Shown: positions 35,606 to 50,127, counted from the stretch's first letter. The stretch: DNA of 64,000 nt from Lama glama (GCA_028534125.1 CM052816.1:91142001-91206000), one strand, 5' to 3'. Notes: generated from the sequence alone by a model not told the origin. Program-made: numbers and translations.

Positions 35606-38600
35606 GGGCAGAATCCCCTGGGCGCTCCCGTGTCATTTCTGAACAGGGTAGAAAGGTCCTGTTCTGACAGAGTGAGTGCTGTGTGTGCTGGGACGGGCCT
35701 GCCCTGCTCCCGAGAGCTGCTTCGTTGTCTCGGCTGGAGCTGATGTCGGGCTGTCAGGACAGGATGGGGGACTTGAGCGACCTGTCCCTCCACACCTGGC
35801 TTCACTTTCATAAGAACATGTCTACAGGTCCTGGCGGTGGGACCTACGTAAGGCGCTTCGAAGCTTCTGGAGGAGCCAAGTGGGATGTCCCTCACTGGGG
35901 TGTATCGTGGCTCCCGAGGTGGTGACCGTCTCTGGGCACTTTCAGTAAATGCAGGCAAAGTGAAAGAGCATGTCCGGGTCCTGCTGTGAAGGGTCTTGGT
36001 TTCTCCGTGTGGTCACACAGAGATGACAGTGCTGTGTGCTCACGGTCAGTTCCCAGTGCTGCCTTCAGGGTAGGAAGAAAACACATGTAAAATGTGCAGA
36101 TGATGTCAGGGTTCAGTCTGTGAAGAGACTCTCCATTCAGGTGGTTTAGGGGAGGCCGGGGTTTACTGGGAATGAAGGCAAACGTGAAGGTGTAACCCAC
36201 TGGGCTAGCTTTCTGCCTGGGGAAACGTGACTTGGTTTTTATAATCTATAGAATGTGGTGTTTTTTACCTCCCAGGTCAGTAAGAAATCGGCCAAGGACC
36301 CATCACTCACTCAGCCCCCAGCACAAAGTCAGTGCCTCCAGGCCTCCCTGGGGGCACAGGTGCCCCACTGAGGAGGGGATGCTCTGGGCAGCGCGGTGGT
36401 CTGTCTGAGGAGCGTTTGAGGGTGCCGGGAGATGGTGCCTGTCCTTACCCTGTGTTCACCAGCCCTCATTTGCTAGAGACGTGTCTTTTTCTTTAAATTT
36501 TGGATGCAAAATTGAATTAATCATGTCTCTTCAGTGCACAGGCTCGCTGTGCGACACTGGAGGGCTCCCTGCTCCTGATTTTATTCCTTCATCCTGTTTT
36601 TTGGCATCCGAGTCACACAAGTACCCACCCTCTTGTGTCTGACCATCTTTAAGTCTATACCCCGGGAAATGATACACTGTGTGTCATGAGGTATATTATG
36701 AATTTATACTTCACTGAATGTACAGAATACTATGCTATAGCTCTTGTCAGTTTTATTTTTCATTGAGTATTTTTTCACTCAGCTGGATCTGCCTAGTTCA
36801 TTGCTTCTGACTGCTGGGGGGGCGCCCACGGTGCGGGTCCCCACAGGGCGCTTACCTCTCCACGCAGCCGACGCTCCCTCCTCTCTGACCCCCTTTCTGC
36901 ACCAGCCCAGCACTGTTAGTGTGTCTCATTTGTGCATATATACCCTTTTAACTCTGAGGTCTTTTTACCTGTAGGTGGCAGAGAGGACAGTAGGTTCGCT
37001 GATTTACAAAAACCTGCCTCCGTTTATTTATTGTCTACTTCTTCCCAGGCTTCTAGAGACACCTCTTTGTTCTCAGTTAAGTTTGTGATGCAGTCCTCTA
37101 TCTCACTTCTATCCACATCACCACTTTAGAAAATTCAGCTTATTTGCCTTTCTGGAGTAAAATTCTCTTTGGGAGAGAAAGCCAAAAAAGAAGAGATTTA
37201 AACAGTTCCTCCTGTGTCGAATAAACAAAACAAGAAACGTGACAGATGAGCTTGTTTCGGGGAGGACTTCTTTGTGGTTCAGGAGAGTGTGGGAATGCTG
37301 ACGCTGGGCGCCGCTGTCTTTCTCTGCTTTGGTGTGTCTCTGTTTTCTGTCTCCGGGTGTGCTGCTCCCCACGCTCTGCCCTCTGCAGTGGGCATTCCTG
37401 GGATCTCCTGGCCTGTTCCCACACAGTTCCTTGCTGTCAGCCCTCCCCCCTTTTTGGTCTTTCAGGGGTACATGTCCTTTTCCTGGCGTCTCATGCCGAT
37501 CACACTGGAGAAGGGGCAGAACCTGCCAAACAGCCAACCAGCTTAGAGCGGAGGGAAAGCTGCCCCATCCTTACTGTCACACTTGGTCATTTTGAATCGC
37601 ATGACTTACAGGAGATTGTCAACGCGGTGCTTTTCTTCCTCCAAATTTGATTCACTTTTTAAATTAAATCAGAAATTAATCCAAATGACTCCCCAGTTAA
37701 ATCTTTTTACTAAATCAATTCTAAATTTGATTCTTATCAATCATTCCTAACAGTTATTCTCTCTGAGATAGTTAGTGGTCTAAACTTACAGCAGGTACCG
37801 AAGTCATCCTGCTCAAGCTTCCGTACCAGTTACCAGGTTAGCGCTGCTGCCAGGCTGACCAGGACTTGCGTGAGATCTTTCCTCCTGGGAGCAAATCTGG
37901 GATCAGATGGCCCTCACAAGTTGATCCATCTGTCTCTGGTTGAGACATCAAGATGGGATCAAAAGTGAGCGAACAGAATCTTGTTCCCTGTCTGTGATTT
38001 TTACCGAAGCCCAGGCAGCTCTCCTGATTGGTGGCACAGCCTCCCTGCAGACTGCAGGCAGGGTCCATGCCCTCTTTCTGCTTTGTGGACTACGAGTCGC
38101 TGTTTTATGGAGCATGAAGTGCTTTATTGTGCCATTTTTTTGTTTCTCCACTGTGGGGTGTAGAGAGCATTCCTATTTCACAGATGAGAAAATAGATTTA
38201 GGGAAGTTCAGTAACTTTTGTAAGGAGACAACAAAAGGGGAGCTAAAGATTTCTGTTCCAACATCCTTTATGCTGCAACATGTTCACACACAACTCTCAG
38301 AGGCACCCCATCCTAAAGTGGACACTCAGCGGCGCTATAAATGTCTATTCAAGCCCCTTATGTTTGTAGCAGATGTGAAAGAATCTTGTTCTACGTCTAG
38401 AAATACATGGACTCTTAATATTTACATCGATGTTACATGATGCACACATAGTTAACATAAATGTTATCAGGTGAAAGAAAATATCACCTTTTCTTGCCTA
38501 GAACGTGAACATATTCTGCCCTCAACCGATTTTGGTCATTGGTGGATTCTTAGTTTTAATTTGCTTTCCTCCGTTTGAGTTTTTATAAACTGTTAGAATC

Positions 38601-38882
38601 CCATTGGACATGATTAATTCAGAATTCACAGTAATTTATATGTAGGAGACCAGGTAATTGCTGTGTTTCCAACTCACTGGGCAGACTTTTTGCAAGGGAC
38701 TTGCTGGCAGTTCTAGAGACATTTACAAGGGCTTTGAAGAGTACCTGTCATTTGATTTAGATGCATTTGCATTTGGTACGTTAATCATTTATGACACCGA
38801 AACTGATCGAGATAAGGAAGATTTGATTAGCTTGTTAATGCTGCAAACATTTCAATGTTAGAATAATAGTTTATTGATTATT

Positions 38883-39317
38883 TGTGGGGCAGACTGTTCT
38901 TTTGTAGGTCTGTCCTTTCTTCTTGTGCCCAGGGCTTCCCAGCCAGACTATCCTTCCCAGCCTCCCGTGCAGCAGGGTGTGATCAGGTGACTAAACTAAG
39001 GCCAATAGATGTGCGCAGAGGTTGGGGTCAACCTAAGTGGAGATCCTCTCCGACTTGGAGACAAGCTGCATTTTTAGACTCTGCCTGTTTTTCCTCTCAC
39101 CAGCTGGAGGTGGGGTGTTGCTACACTCACACATGCAGGTGAGGGTAACACCTTAGAGAATGGTCGAGTGATGGCAAGGGAGGAACCTGGGTCTCCAAAT
39201 GACATCACCAAGTAGAGTTGCCCTGCCACCCAAGCTGGCTGGACTATTATGAGACATACACTGAAGCCACTGTGTTGTGGAGTTTCTGTTACAGTAGCCT
39301 CGCTTATAACCGAATAG
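38883..39317 (+). mobile_element. MLT1-type (ERVL-MaLR) LTR
   Basis: TGTGG start; TTCCCAGCCTCCCGTGCAG, GGAACCTGGGTC and AAGCCACTG...TTTCTGTTACAGTAGC motifs. Confidence 0.65.
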
Positions 39318-39581
39318 AGTAAAAGCCCAAGGTAACGGGACCTGTCATAAGGCAACAGTGTTGGAAATGCAGTTGGCAATTGCTGGTTCCTCTCTTTCCT
39401 CTTGTCCCTCTTCTCAAACTGGTCTGAGCTAAACTCTTCTCTTATGCAGGATCGGGGGACAGTTAGGAAAAAAGTGCCGTATGATTATACGGGACTTTCT
39501 CGGGTCAGTATGTTCAATATTGTCTCTTTTGTATTCTTTTGGAGATAGTAGAGAATGAAAACAGGTATTTTTTATTAACCT

Positions 39582-40112
39582 TGTATGGCAACTTGGCAAC
39601 AGATCTGCTCATTCTTTGATGATGCTCCTATGGAGAGGTGGGGTCTACCACCCCTGTCCTCGATGCTCGGCTGGCCTTAGTTGACTTGATTTAACCAATA
39701 AAATTCAGTGTTCGTGGTGCTACTGACTCCAGGGATAGTCACATAATGCAGTTCAGCTCCTATCTTGCTTCCTTGGACCCTGACCTTGTAAGAAGTGTGA
39801 CATCCCCAAAGAGGTTGTGCTTACAAAAACCCGGGCTATGTGCAAAGGTCACTGTGGGGGCTCTGGTTGACAATCCCAGCTGAGGTTCCAGTCAGCAGCC
39901 AACTGCCAGCATCTGAGGTCACCATCTTGCGTGTCCAGCCCAGTTGAATCTTTAGATGACTTCATCGTCCACTGACATCTGACCACAACCATGTGACAGA
40001 TCCTAACCAGACCTGCCCAGGTGAGCCTTTCCCAGATCCCTGGCCCTCAGGAGCTGCGAGCACAATAAACGAGCTGTGACACCCCTGCGTGCACAGCAGT
40101 AGTGACCGACAC
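39582..40112 (+). mobile_element. MLT1-type LTR
   Basis: TGGAGAGGTGGGGTCTA, GCCCAGTTGAATCTTTAGATGAC, CTGACCACAACC and CTGCCCAGGTGAGCC motifs. Confidence 0.65.
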
Positions 40113-40171
40113 ACCTCGCCATCGCACCATCAAGCCTTTGCACAGGTGGCATTTTGGCTTCTACTTACCAC

Positions 40172-40762
40172 TTTTTTTTAACATTTTTTATTGATTTATA
40201 ATCATTTTACAATGTTGTATCAAGTTCTAGTGTTCAGCACAATTTTTCAGTCATACATGGACATACACACTCTCATTATCACATTTTTTCCTCTGTGATT
40301 CCCTGTGCTATACAGTATAATCTTGTTTATCTATCCTACAATTTTGAAATCCCAGTCTATCCCTTCCCACCCTCCGCCCCCCTGGCAACCACAAGTCTGT
40401 ATTCTATGTCTATGAGTCTATTTCTGTCCTGTATTTACACTTTTTTGTTTGTTTGTTTGTTTTTGTTTTTTAGATTCCACATATGAGTGATCTCATATGG
40501 TATTTTTCTTTCTCTTTCTGGCTTATCACTTAGAATGACATTCTCCAGGGACATCCATGTTGCAGCAAATGGCATTATGTTGTTGGTTTTTATGGCTGAA
40601 TAGTGTTCCACTGTATAAATATACTGCATCTTTATCCAGTCATCTGTTTGTTGATGGACATTTAGGCTGTTTGCATGTCTTGGCTATCGTAAATAGTGCT
40701 GCTATGAACATTGGGGTGCAGGTGTCTTTTTGAAGTAGGGTTCCTTCTGGATATATGCCCAG
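40172..40762 (-). mobile_element. Young lineage-specific L1 3' end
   Basis: Same tail as the copies at 6571 and 59296. Minus-strand ORFs contain L1 ORF2 C-terminal peptides [17 protein letters not shown] and IMPFAATWM. Confidence 0.88.
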
Positions 40763-41617
40763 AAATCTTAATATTATCAAAATAGCTTTGATTTTGCAAT
40801 CCCCTTGAGAAGTTCTTGGTGACACCCAGGGTTCCCTGGATCACACTTTGAGAATCCACATTGCCATACACTTTCCTGTCTCTCAGTACGCAAGGGAGAT
40901 GCCTTTCCCTAAAAAATGGTGTTTCCTCACTTAAATCTGGGCCTGGTGTGTAGGAGGAGCAGAACCTTGTGGGGTCAGAGACTGGGAAGCCAGCCCAGTT
41001 CTACACTTGGTAGTTCTTGAGTTTCACTAAGTTACTTGTTTCTCTGTGTCCCAGATTCCTCATTTGAAATAGGGTCAGATACTGACCCCTGCAGGCAACC
41101 CCAAAGCCAGGTGACAAGGTGCCTAACAGGTGCTGACACACAGAGGCCGCCTGATCAAGCAGCCTTTATCCCAGACTGTCCAGTGACGGCCAGGAAAGGA
41201 AGGGGAGGGGTCACACGTGACTATTTCTAGAGAGGGCCGATTCCACTCTCACCAAGTCTAGAAGTAGCCTCCCGTCTGTCCAGGCCAGGTTTTGATGCCA
41301 CACGATTTACAAAATATCATTCAGTGTTCAGACTTCGGCGTGATGGACTGCGGGCCTTACCAAGTGATTCTGTGCCAGCACCACGCTTGGGGTGGAGTGC
41401 ATGCAATTTCATTAATTCTCTCCACTCGTGAACAAAAGGCAGACATCTCAGGATCCAGAAACATCTTTGCTATCTTTTGCCTTTCAACCAGATTTACAGG
41501 ATCCCAGATTTGAACCAGTGGCTTCTATCTTTCTGTTCATGACTGTTGCCTGCAATTTAAAGTCCAATTGTTCATTATATTTGGGGGGAAGAGAGAGTTA
41601 GATGTGTGGATTCTCAA

Positions 41618-41646
41618 TGTGTGTGCGTGTGTGTGTGTGTGTGTGT
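41618..41646. repeat. (TG)n microsatellite
   Basis: Direct TG run with one CG interruption. Confidence 0.9.
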
Positions 41647-42628
41647 TTCAAAATGAACCCAGCTGCAGCAACAGATGAATTAATGAACACAGAGAAAGAC
41701 TATATTCCTTTTGTTGAAAATCCACCTTAGTCAGGAGCCCAATTTCCTGAGAAATAAAGATAAGGTGAGATGATGTATTTTGGACACCAGACCCTTTACC
41801 TGCTGCATTTGTAATGATAGAACTTAAACACATGGCCACATTAAAAACATCTGTAGACAAGAGTCCAAACTGATTACTTTGGGTCCATGATCTCTAACTT
41901 ACAGAATTTCATGGAGAAATCAATTCTGAAGTTGTTTGAAGATAAAAGTTCTGGCTATGAAAAAGTGTTGAACAATTTGAAAGGGATACAGGTACTTGGA
42001 AGAAACTTTATAAAGAACTCATCAGAATTTGAAATTGTACAAGTATATGAAAAAACTTGGGGATCTTCTGAAACCACTTCAACTGTTGGTTTCTGTGGGA
42101 TTTTATAATTTGCAGCTTCAAAGAAAAAATAACTTTAAGTGATTTTTCAGCTTCTACCTACATTATTCTTCTGAGTTTAGAAGGAAAGGAATTATATTTA
42201 TTTGGACATCTATACATCCCAAAACAGTAGGCAATTTATTTCATTGATTCTAACTGAAATACACACACACATCTTTTTAGAAGTTTTTATAAATGAGGTT
42301 TAACAAATATCAACTTACAGGAGTGTTAGTTACACATTTTTTCCTTTGTTTGTTTGTTTGTTTCTTTCTTTCTTTCCTTCTTTCTGTTATTTCACCCTTC
42401 AAAACTGGATTTTAGTGTCTCTATAGACACTAAACCACAAATACTTTATTGCCTTCACCACCTAGAATTCTTTTAGGAACAACAATTATAGTCACAATAT
42501 TTAGCTGAATCCAGGACTTCTCCCAAGATCCCTAGTAAGTAGGATGTGACAGTAAACCTGGGCTCATGGATTCCTGTCTAATTTTTTTTTTACCATGGAT
42601 ACACGAATGCAACAACTCACAGCTGTGT

Positions 42629-44652
42629 TGTAGTGGATACTGTGGTGTGCTGCCCAATCCCCCCTCAGGACTGAGGCACTCATGCCCCCAGATGCTAGGA
42701 GAGCTGAGCCTTGATGTCTCACAGGCGAGTCCCTCTCTGGGAATAGCCTTTAGCAGAAGGAAGCTGCCCTGTGAAGGCCATACCCCCTCTGCAGGGGCAG
42801 CTTGTATCCAGTGGCTGGTCCCCTTGCCTTGGCTTTCCCAGCTTCAGAGCTCCCCATGGGAGTGTCTAAGGTCTTTATTGCAACTGCATCATATTTCAAC
42901 TTCTCCCAATGTGGATCCTTTTACTCTTATTTCCATATAGATCCTGAAATCACTCCCCAGGAGGGTCCTGCATGTAAATCTCTATCTCAGAGTTCATTTT
43001 CTGGGAAGTGTAACTAAAACCAATGATGCCAGGAAAGGTCCAAAGAAGGAGGCTCTTAGATGGCATCTGGAGCTGTGGCACCAGCTGGCCAGTGGTCCAT
43101 GAGACACCATCTCTGGGGATGGGTGGAGGACTACTAGCCCCAGGATGCTGTAGCCCTGCAACTGTTAAACCTTTCACTGTGGTAAGACAGCTAGGAGGGA
43201 AAGCATAGGTGGGTGCAGGATCTGGGCAATCGAGAGCTTCAAGGGACATGGTCATTGTAAGTACAGTGGACTTGGCTGCTTACTGCTGGGTGCTAAAAAA
43301 TGAACCCGAGAAAGGCAGCGAAGGTTGGAGTGATTAATCACCAACTTAAGGCTAAGTGTGAAAGCCAAAGGGCTGTGGCAGTTTATAAAGCGACTCTCAT
43401 CCTGCAGCCAGAGGCAGAGAAAAAAGGCCAGGATTCAACCTTGGACTTAATTATAAGGCCAGCAGAACTGCAGAGAAGTTTGAATTCTCAACCCCAGCAA
43501 ATCTACAATACAAAGTCAGGGCCCTAATTGGGAAGGAGCAAAATTCTGAGACTTGGAAGGCAGACATCTGTATTCATGCACTATTAAAACTCTCCAATAT
43601 TCAGATACCCTTGAACCCTCTGGGCCCACTCCTTCCTATGAAAGGCTAGCGCTGCCCCCTTGCTGGAAGATGAAACAGGAGCCTCTCCATCATCAGCATA
43701 GGACAGGATGCTCCCAACTCAGGATCCACCCTTAACTCCATCCCAGGACACTAGACCAGTAACTAGAATGGGGATCAGCAGTGACAGCCTATGGGTCAAG
43801 TCTAACATATAGTCTTTCTGTAAATAAAGTTTTATTGAAACACAGCTATGAACATTCAGTTCCATATTGTCTGCAGTTGCTTTCATGCCCCAGTGAGAGA
43901 CCTGAACAGTTGCAACACAGCCTAAAATGTTTACTACTGCCTCTTTATAGGGGAGGTTTGCTGACCTCTGAGCTAGAGTCAAGTCATAATAAAACCCAGC
44001 AGGAGAAGTGTTGGTCCCGATAAGGGAGGAAAAGGAATTTACACCCAAGAAGATGAAGGACCTCACCAATAAATACTGGCAGGAATGGAAGAGTATTTGT
44101 GGGATTGAATTCTGAGGGCCTGGATAAAGGAGGATGGAATTTTGGAGGATGGATAACGGAGAGATTATTCACAAGAAAGAACTTTTCTAAAATATAGGAC
44201 TTAACACTCTCTTGGTTGGCTCTTGGAAGCTTAGAAAAGCCATGACCACACTCAGTGGAGGAGATATGTGAGCAGTGCCTTGGCAGAGCCTGGACAAAGA
44301 GATCAAAGGCTCAGAGAAGCAGGCACGCTAGAAGGGGTACACTCTGTATGCCTGGGAAATCCACCAGTTCACTGTGAGTCACAGGGGCACCAGAGGACAC
44401 ACCATTTCCCAGAGCTGTAAGGAATGAGTGGGTGAGAGGGGCATCACCTTTCAGAGCATCTCAGCGGAGCTGGGCTCTGCAGGCAGGGCGGACGCTGTAG
44501 GAGATGCTGTTATAGAACTGGGCTCCCTGAAAACAAAGAGGATGAGAAGATCCCAGATGGGTAGAGGCCGGGTGGCAGAACTTAAATAACAGAAGCAAAG
44601 AGGATGCAATTATAATGAGTAGCAGGGGGCCCTCACTCACAGAGAGCCACAG
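42629..44652 (+). mobile_element. LTR16-like ERVL LTR (~42629-43022) plus degenerate internal sequence running into the gap
   Basis: Start TGTAGTGGATACTGTGGTGTGCTGCCCA..CCCCTCAGGACTGAGGCAC resembles LTR16. LTR end CTGCATGTAAATCTC.ATCTCAGAGT...CTAAAACCA. Followed by purine-rich decayed internal sequence with no intact ORF. Confidence 0.65.
43770..43970. mobile_element. MER58A-like MITE nested in the ERVL internal region
   Basis: GGGATCAGCA...TGTAAATAAAGTTTTATTGAAACACAGC...GCCTAAAATGTTTACTA...GTTTGCTGACCTCTG. Confidence 0.75.
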
Positions 44653-45152
44653 NNNNNNNNNNNNNNNNNNNNNNNNNNNNNNNNNNNNNNNNNNNNNNNN
44701 NNNNNNNNNNNNNNNNNNNNNNNNNNNNNNNNNNNNNNNNNNNNNNNNNNNNNNNNNNNNNNNNNNNNNNNNNNNNNNNNNNNNNNNNNNNNNNNNNNNN
44801 NNNNNNNNNNNNNNNNNNNNNNNNNNNNNNNNNNNNNNNNNNNNNNNNNNNNNNNNNNNNNNNNNNNNNNNNNNNNNNNNNNNNNNNNNNNNNNNNNNNN
44901 NNNNNNNNNNNNNNNNNNNNNNNNNNNNNNNNNNNNNNNNNNNNNNNNNNNNNNNNNNNNNNNNNNNNNNNNNNNNNNNNNNNNNNNNNNNNNNNNNNNN
45001 NNNNNNNNNNNNNNNNNNNNNNNNNNNNNNNNNNNNNNNNNNNNNNNNNNNNNNNNNNNNNNNNNNNNNNNNNNNNNNNNNNNNNNNNNNNNNNNNNNNN
45101 NNNNNNNNNNNNNNNNNNNNNNNNNNNNNNNNNNNNNNNNNNNNNNNNNNNN
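44653..45152. other. Assembly gap (500 N)
   Basis: Run of N. Confidence 0.99.
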
Positions 45153-46156
45153 TTTAAATGAAAGGCTTTCTACAATTGGTTTTCCACTAAGCCTCAAAAT
45201 GGATGATCAAATTCAATCATGTAACAGGCACACTTAGGATGAGGCACCAGCTGATGCTTCTCCCTCACACTTGTTTGCCTGCTTGAATCCCAGCAAACCT
45301 CCTGGGAGAAGGAACCAAACGCAACCCGTGCCCGAACCCACGTACCTGGTAGGGTGCTGCTAGTATACAGTAAGTGCTCCACAGATGTGCGTCGGGAGAA
45401 TGAACGTGTACGCTGTCGTTCTCATTGGAAACATGAATTCAAAGACTCCTCCTGCTGAGGACACTTGTCCTGAGCTTGTTTCTCAGTGATGGATCGCTGT
45501 ACAGCCCACTCTGCTTCCCGTCTCTGTGTCTGCAGTGGTCAGGAAGGGGGCGGGTACAGAGCCAACCGTGGACTCAGGCCTCTGTGCTCACAGACCTGGT
45601 AAACTCCTTTGTCTACTCGGTTAAGAATGAATGAACCCATCATCTCCCTATTTTCTTTGCTGAAGGCAGGTGAAACCGATCTATCCTAGGAATGCCAAGT
45701 GGTCTGGCTTCACTGAGGCAGACAATGGAAATTTCCTACTCAAGGTGGCCAGGACCTTAAGATGACTGAGGTGAAGTGTCAAAGCAATTCTTCTTAAGCT
45801 TTTATACCTAATGGCAAAGAAATGTAAATTAAAGCAGAATTGTCTCTGGGAGAGCCCGGGACACCTAGCCCAAAGAGGCTTATGGCAATGTAAACTTTTC
45901 CTTGAAGTCTCATTTTATGAGACTCATTTTCAAAGAGTGTGCAAGTTTACGGTGTAAATTATCATGTACCAGTTTGTTATAATACAACTAAACAAGTTAA
46001 AGCAGAAATTTCCTACTCATCTTTGGCTAATACTGAATTGAGTATAATTTCTGGAAAAGCAGCTTAAGTTTCAACTGGCAGGATGTCTCATTTTCACCCA
46101 TAGTTCATCAAATCCTGGGTAAGTTTCCCTTACTGACAGGTTAAGCCACCGGGTCA

Positions 46157-46558
46157 TAGGATGGTTAATTTTCTGTGTTAACTTGGCAAGGCCACAGTAC
46201 TCAGATATTTTGTCAAGTATTATTTTAGATGTTTCAGTGAAGCTATTTTTTAGAAGAGGCTAACATTTAAGTCAGTAGACTTTAAGTGAAGCCAATCACC
46301 CTCTGTAATGTGGATGGGTGGGCCATGTCCAATCAGTGGAAGGCCTCCTCCCCAAGGAGAAGAGGGAATTCTGCCAGCAGATTACCTTCAGACTCAAATT
46401 GCAGCTCTTCCCTGGGTCTCCAGCCTGCCAGCCAATCCTGCAGAGTTTGAACTTGCCAGTGTCCATATTCAGGAAAGCCAACTCCTTAAAATAAATCTCT
46501 TTCTCTCTGGGTGCACAGATCTTACTGGTTCTGCTTCTCAGAGAACCTGACTCATATA
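46157..46558 (+). mobile_element. MLT2-like (ERVL) solo LTR
   Basis: GATGGTTAATTTT.TGTGT.AACTTGGC.AGGCCACAG start; CTCTTCCCTGGGTCTCCAGCCTGCC; CCTTAAAATAAATCTCT; end GGTTCTG.TTCTC.GAGAACCTGACT. Confidence 0.8.
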
Positions 46559-49500
46559 TGTGGTGACAGGTCATGAGATGGACAGAAAGGGTAACTGATT
46601 TATTAGTCATCAGTCAAGAAAATAGTCATCAAAATTTTTTTTTGAGAGAAGAAAAATGACTCTATGTTATTCTCTACTTATGCTGGAATTTTCAACACAT
46701 GTACATGATATAAGTCACAGAAGTTGCATCACCTCTCCAATGATGAAATGCTTGTCAAACTTTCAAACCACATTTTCACTGGGCACTTTTATTGTACGTG
46801 TTCTGACAGCTTTGTCCTGGATTAGATGTTTGAGAAGTCATTCTGGATGATTTACTGAGAAAATTGATGAATGAACAATGAATTCATTTAAGGAATTTAG
46901 TTTTTACCTTTTGTAAAGATGCACTTTGTTTTCACCAAGAGGAAAAAGCTAGCAATTCAACCCCGTGTTCCTGATCTACACCTCCCAGTGTAAACAGCCA
47001 TCTGAGTTTGTCTGGGACTTGGGTTTCCTGTGATGTGGGGACATCCCATGCCAACTGAGACTATTAGAGTTTACTCTCTGAGTATGAAACCATGCTTTCC
47101 AAATCTCTTCCTTTTTTATTGCAAATTAGTCTGGAATAATGAGACTCCAAGTCAACAGCATTTGCTGGGTATCTTTTGTTTGTTTGTTTTTTGTAACTCC
47201 ATTGAACATGGTAAGAAACTAATGAGGCAGACAGTCAGTTGAAGTGGTTTGGATGAAAGCTGCAGCAGCTGCTGACCCTAAGGGTGAACCACGGTCACCA
47301 AAATTTTGACAGCTCTGATTAGACTCCATCTCTCACACAGTCACTTTTTTCCTAGTTGACACACCATTAATGGTGACTCAGTTTCTCCTGTGACTGCATA
47401 ATGAGAAATACAAAGGACTAATTTTTTAATCGTGACATAAGTGTGAGCTCCCGCACACTCTGAGAAATCAGACAAGCCAGATCCTGCTTCAAGGTGGACC
47501 AGGACCAGCCCTGTGTTCCAGGCACATTCGCAGAATTCCTTCCCTCTCCAGGGTGGCTACGAAAACAGTAATCATCTCACTCAGTTGCCCGGTAATGCAA
47601 AGGAACCAGATTACCCAATCACTCTCAGCCCATTAAAATTGTTTACTCCAGCTTCACAGAAAACAGTGTTTGTTTCAATATGGAAAAGTGAGATACTGCA
47701 CATTTCATTTGCATATGGGAATGACAATACCTTTTGAGGGCAAGCATTTCAAAACTTTCCCTTAATTAGTTGGTAAAGTCAATGTCCCTGGAAACATGTG
47801 ACAGATTTAAAGAGGTCTAAAGAAGTGTTTAGAGTCATTCTGAAGGCCAGTGAACTTTGCTGTCTGTTCTTTATACTCAGGGTTACGGATGTGATAAAAC
47901 AAAATACCTTTTGAACTAGGATTAAAAAATGAGAATATTTGTGGATTTATAAAGTGGGTGTGTGTAGTACATTAGTGGGTCCAGTTAAGGCTAGTGAGAC
48001 AAAAGATGATGAACAATGCTGTCTGTGAGTCCCCCTAAACATAACAAAGATTTGAAGTACTCACATTGTTACCAATGGAATTGACTGTCTTGACTCTAGA
48101 CTACATGGTTCTGCTTTACACATCTCTATATGCCCCTCAGCATCTCACTCATTGCCCTGTACAAGGAGATGATCAATAATAATGGTTGACGTACTGCTAG
48201 CAGCTTTCATTTGTACAAATTAATGAAAGAAGCATGAGGTCTATTGCCACAGTTCCTTTGTGTGCACTGTATGTACCGATAGAGGACAGTATAATATCAG
48301 CATCCTGGAAATGAGCTGAAACAAACCTCAAAGTTATCGCACTGCTCAGGCTGTTCTTCTGCAAAAATAAAACCACAGTGAAGGTTCATTTAATTAGCAA
48401 AATGTGAATTAAAAACTTAGCTGGTGAAGAGAGCAAATATTATAATCTAGAAGAGAGAATGGAAGTTGAAAACAGAGCCAGCCATGGAAGTGTCCTTTGG
48501 AGGGAGGGGGTACATTTCCACCAGCAAGACAAGACAGTGTAGCCAGTAGAATTTGAGAATAAAGGAGAAGTTGGAGTCCAATATGACACCAAGGTTGTAA
48601 GCAATGATACTAGTTACTATCGTGTGGGAGTGAAATTGGGAGGCCATTTGGGAAATGCATAGAGGGCTTCAAACCTTGGAAATCTTCTATTTGTTGAGCT
48701 GCATTTTAATTGTTTATTATAGTATTATTCTTTAAATAATACACATAATAAATATATATACATCATAGTATTTATCATCATAGACTCTTGATGTGATATG
48801 TTTTGTAATTATAAAATATTTTAAGATTCTCCATTGAAATAGCCACACAAATGTGAATCAATTTATTTATGCACAGTAGGCTGTGAGCACATGTTAGGTG
48901 AGACGCACTAGGCTTAATGTGAGGAAAAAAACATTTTCTTCTAGGAGCACAAAACCCAGTGACAGAATCTGTGCCACCGGGAATCTGGGCTCTGCTTGGG
49001 AAGATGGGGTTTCCTTAGGATGCAGTAGAATCCACATGTCTGAATGCTGTGTAGCAGTTCTTGACATTGAACTTTGACACAGACTAGAGCTGCTCTTTAT
49101 TCACTGTGATCACCCAGAGTGCCTAGCACTCCCTGGCATACAGTACGTGCTTAATGGTGTTTGCTGAAGGGAAAGAGGTGTTGGGGGGCGGAGTGGGTAG
49201 CATACTCCTGGGATCTCACAGAAGTGCCCGGACAACAGTGAGACGTTCCCGTTGGCCCGTGTTCCCGCAGCAGCCAGGGTTTCCTCTTCCTTGTGCACTT
49301 TTTCTTTCCCTAGTTTCTCCTCCCTAGTGACTAGTGACACCAATCAGGGCCTCTTGTTCCCTCAAGCTCTCAGTGGTAACCACGCCTAGGAAACGACAGT
49401 GGCCTCCTGGGAGATTAAGAAGACTGCGCCTTTTTCTCCTCTTCTCCTCTCTATCCTCAGGCAATATTTTCTTTCCCAAATCCTCTGCTATCCTCCAAAT

Positions 49501-49675
49501 TCTGATGCACTTTAGTTTGCTTTCTTAGGGTGCTGTAGCCACTGAGTGAATTTAGAAGTCAGTCAAAGAGTGCAAATATTTGGCAAATAACAGTCTTCAT
49601 TTTAACAATTTTCTGAGCCCAAACATGAACTTGAACTTCCAGGGTCATATTTAAATTCATTTAATTCAAATATTC

Positions 49676-50127
49676 TTTTAAATTGTAGTATAGTTGATTT
49701 ACAATGCTGTGTTAGTTTCTGGTGTATAAGCATAGTGATTCGGTTATACATATATATCTTTTTTTTCATATTCTTTTTCATTATTGATTATTACAAGATA
49801 TTGAATGTAGTTCCCTGTGCTGTACAGTAGGACATTGTTGTTTATCTATTCTGCCTATAAGTTTGTATCTGCTAATCCCAAACTCCTAATTTATCTTTCC
49901 CCTTCTCCCTATCCCTTTTGGTAACCATAAGTTTGTTTTCTTGTCTGTGAGTCTGTTTCTGTTTTGCAAATAAGTTCATTTGTGTTATTATTTTTTAGAT
50001 TCCACATATAAGTGATATCATATAATATTTATCTTTCTCTGACTTCCTTCACTTATTGTGATAATCTCTAGGTCCATCTATGTTGCTGTGAATGGCATTA
50101 TTTCATTTTTTATGGCTGAGTAGTATT

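Noticed and set aside
29936..38440. Clusters of overlapping 80-180 aa ORFs on both strands (e.g. 30274-30816, 35115-35958, 37118-37650, 37940-38440)
   Set aside because: No recognisable domains or consistent exon structure. They fit chance ORFs in GC-rich sequence or antisense shadows of exon 6.
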